Shown here in pieces: positions 60,053 through 64,000 of a stretch of 64,000 bases of DNA. Made by a program: the position numbers and the translations under genes. Source of the stretch: Albugo candida (Eukaryota); contig JBDOQK010000049.1 of NCBI GenBank assembly GCA_040437565.1, positions 124,001 through 188,000 on the forward strand, given 5' to 3'. The notes under the pieces were generated by a model, which saw only the letters and a program-made list of their open reading frames with translations, ran no database searches and had not been told where the DNA came from. The first letter of the stretch is position 1. Each line of letters begins with the position of its first letter.

Positions 60053-61708
60053 TATGTGCTACCTTATTTACATTAGTGTGGATCACTCCAAATTGTGTGG
60101 TATCCGATGCAAAATGTGACCAAATATCTATCCTTCTTGCTGTCTACTCGATTTTACTGAATTGAATGAGATCTCATTTACCCGCCAGTACAACCTTACT
60201 CTTAAGTGCTGAGTTTTGAACGTTATGGGATCGATACTCAAACTCTGCATCTTTATACAACACATTTTTTGTGGTATCCTTGATATGACTGCCTACAATT
60301 ATCGATCTGACATCCTGAATACCTAAATCGCTGATACAAAGCATTGATTGACTCTTGAAGGTAGTGCTGGAGAGCAGACCTTCATTAATATAACATTCTA
60401 AAGGACTGCAAAGATATAAAGGAGTCATATGAGATCACTGTCAAAGATTAGCAATTGGCCAATTCGAATTTTCACGATTGCTGTGTGTCATTCTTTCCAG
60501 ACAGAAGATTTCATATCCACAAATTCTTAATATTAGAAAATCATTACAAAGGGGATCACGATCACACCTCAAAGTTCTAATCACAATACAGATTGTGAAA
60601 GACTCATTCAGTTTTAGTGCTGTGACCCGCCAAACTATCAGCTGTCAGGTGGATGTTTGATTCTCGTACACACGCATGTCATTTATACAGCCCATGTTAA
60701 CAGCGGCATCCACTACTGGTATATGCATATAATAAGCAATTATTTGCAGCAACTTCGCTTTCTTCTGTAATAATACTACAGTATTAACTTGTCTGTACCG
60801 GATTTTAGTACTGAGCTGTAAAGAGTTCGACTTGAATGATGCAAGGCTATGAGATGTTACAAGTCACATGATGCGAGGCGCAAACGATAAAGAATGTCAT
60901 ATCATAGCCTGCCAGTTTATTGACTCAAATTTGAACAGATACTATACGAATTAAAATTGCCAATTGCATCCTAATAACACATACCAGATTTGTTTCCCGC
61001 ATGTGATACTATCCGCTAGTCATGATGACATCACTCATAATCATGCTCTTTCGACCATGTGACCGCTTTGCTCGCGCAATATTTTGCGCTTTTCGGTTCA
61101 GAGTGCTCATTAAGCTTCATAGTTTTAGTCCCTCCGTAATCATCAGCATCGTCGTAAGATCGCTTTGACTGGGCCACATCTTCAGCGATGTACTTGTACT
61201 CGGCTTTATTATGCATAATCATTTTACTTCCTACAAAATAAAACGAATCCGATGATGTTGCATATGGGTGTAAAACAATATTTCGTATCAATTCCTCATC
61301 TAGTGGAGGAACGGAATAGATCGTTTCCCATGTGTTGACACTTCCCGGTATACAGAAACCAAATGTGAAATCAAAGCTCTTAATGATTTTNNNNNNNNNN
61401 NNNNNNNNNNNNNNNNNNNNNNNNNNNNNNNNNNNNNNNNNNNNNNNNNNNNNNNNNNNNNNNNNNNNNNNNNNNNNNNNNNNNNNNNNNGAGCTGTAAA
61501 GAGTTCGACTTGAATGATGCAAGGCTATGAGATGTTACAAGTCACATGATGCGAGGCGCAAACGATAAAGAATGTCATATCATAGCCTGCCAGTTTATTG
61601 ACTCAAATTTGAACAGATACTATACGAATTAAAATTGCCAATTGCATCCTAATAACACATACCAGATTTGTTTCCCGCATGTGATACTATCCGCTAGTCA
61701 TGATGACA

Positions 61709-62471
61709 TCACTCATAATCATGCTCTTTCGACCATGTGACCGCTTTGCTCGCGCAATATTTTGCGCTTTTCGGTTCAGAGTGCTCATTAAGCTTCATAG
61801 TTTTAGTCCCTCCGTAATCATCAGCATCGTCGTAAGATCGCTTTGACTGGGCCACATCTTCAGCGATGTACTTGTACTCGGCTTTATTATGCATAATCAT
61901 TTTACTTCCTACAAAATAAAACGAATCCGATGATGTTGCATATGGGTGTAAAACAATATTTCGTATCAATTCCTCATCTAGTGGAGGAACGGAATAGATC
62001 GTTTCCCATGTGTTGACACTTCCCGGTATACAGAAACCAAATGTGAAATCAAAGCTCTTAATGATTTTGTCTCGGAAATAATGTCGTTCAATCATACGAA
62101 GTCCTCGAATTTCTTCATTTCCGACCGAAAATTTGAGCTTTGTCACAATCGACGGAAGCCGCAGCACATCTTCAGAGAAATCATATCGGATCGTTCGATA
62201 TTTTGATTCTCTATCGAGCGTGAAACTGCTGCCAGGTATGGCACTCCGAGCATCGTCTTTGCCGATTTTAAAGAATTTTCGCTTGGATTCGTAATCAGCA
62301 ATGGAAAATCGGAGAAACTTGATGCCGTAAGTATTCGCATCCAACGAGCATAGGAATTCTACTCGATTTCACTCATAGCCGTAGTAAAGAATTTAAAGAA
62401 GAGATCCTCGTACCTTTAGTTGGAGCCGTTAAGCGCAACACATCTTCAGGTGTGTAAGATTGTCCAGACAT
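61709..62471 (-). CDS. UNC119: UNC119 (PDE-delta-fold lipid-binding chaperone), 2 exons
   Basis: MSGQSYTPEDVLRLTAPTK, intron 62359-62413, then [63 protein letters not shown]. The partial copy at 61031-61390 is a gap overlap. Confidence 0.93.
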
Positions 62472-62844
62472 TATCCGGCACTCGACGTATGATATGATCC
62501 TAAACAGCCGCACACAAGGGGTACATCAGAAATGCAAGCACTGACTGTTCAGAATCATCAAATAGGAAGCGACTCTGTGGCATCTCGAATCGATACTTTT
62601 GTGCGTAAATACTATACTATTAATGATATTGCTCTAAGTGTGCGTTTCGACACATTTGCTATAGCTCATAGTCAATTATAGCTCATCATATACTTGTATT
62701 GCATCTTGCTTTATGTTCTTCATCCTCTCATCCAGATGCATCGATGAAGATGCTGAGTCAAGATGCGGTGTCTGAATAACTCAATGTGGACATCCTTATT
62801 TTAGGTTCGATAGGTAGCAAATGTAATTTTTACCAATTATTAAT

Positions 62845-64000
<1,156 letters not shown>

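Noticed and set aside
61031-61522. Second UNC119 copy
   Set aside because: 60813-61390 duplicates 61491-62068 and ends exactly at the gap, so it is an assembly overlap.

Overview
Eukaryotic, intron-containing genomic scaffold of an oomycete. The compact gene packing and an LYLAK-type Crinkler suggest Albugo or a relative; this is an inference, not a database result. Two gene-dense blocks (about 0.4-7.0 kb and 32.6-64 kb) encode a prominin-like 5-TM protein, a CCDC66-like coiled-coil protein, a C1+VPS9 protein, GPN1, an S9 oligopeptidase, a 1180-aa conserved membrane protein, ARPC4, a cytochrome-b5-domain protein ending in CSIM, ankyrin, HEAT, TPR/IQ/LRR and ARID/BAF-like proteins, UNC119 and CWC24/RNF113. 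They flank a gene-sparse, repeat-rich island of about 25 kb (7.3-32.5 kb). The island holds a Crinkler (CRN) effector with a P-loop NTPase, evidence for a second inverted CRN copy hidden in an assembly gap, decayed Mutator, Tc1-like, Gypsy (chromovirus) and Copia elements, several TIR-bounded non-autonomous elements and a decayed ORF. There are fourteen 100-N gaps. Ten have duplicated flanks (unmerged contig or haplotype overlaps), so several apparent gene duplications and the 1134-aa HEAT-LRR fusion ORF are most likely artefacts. No rRNA, intact tRNA or CRISPR array is supported. I found no clearly new multi-gene system. The best leads are the hidden inverted CRN pair, the prominin-like protein, the prenylatable cytochrome b5 and the 1180-aa protein.
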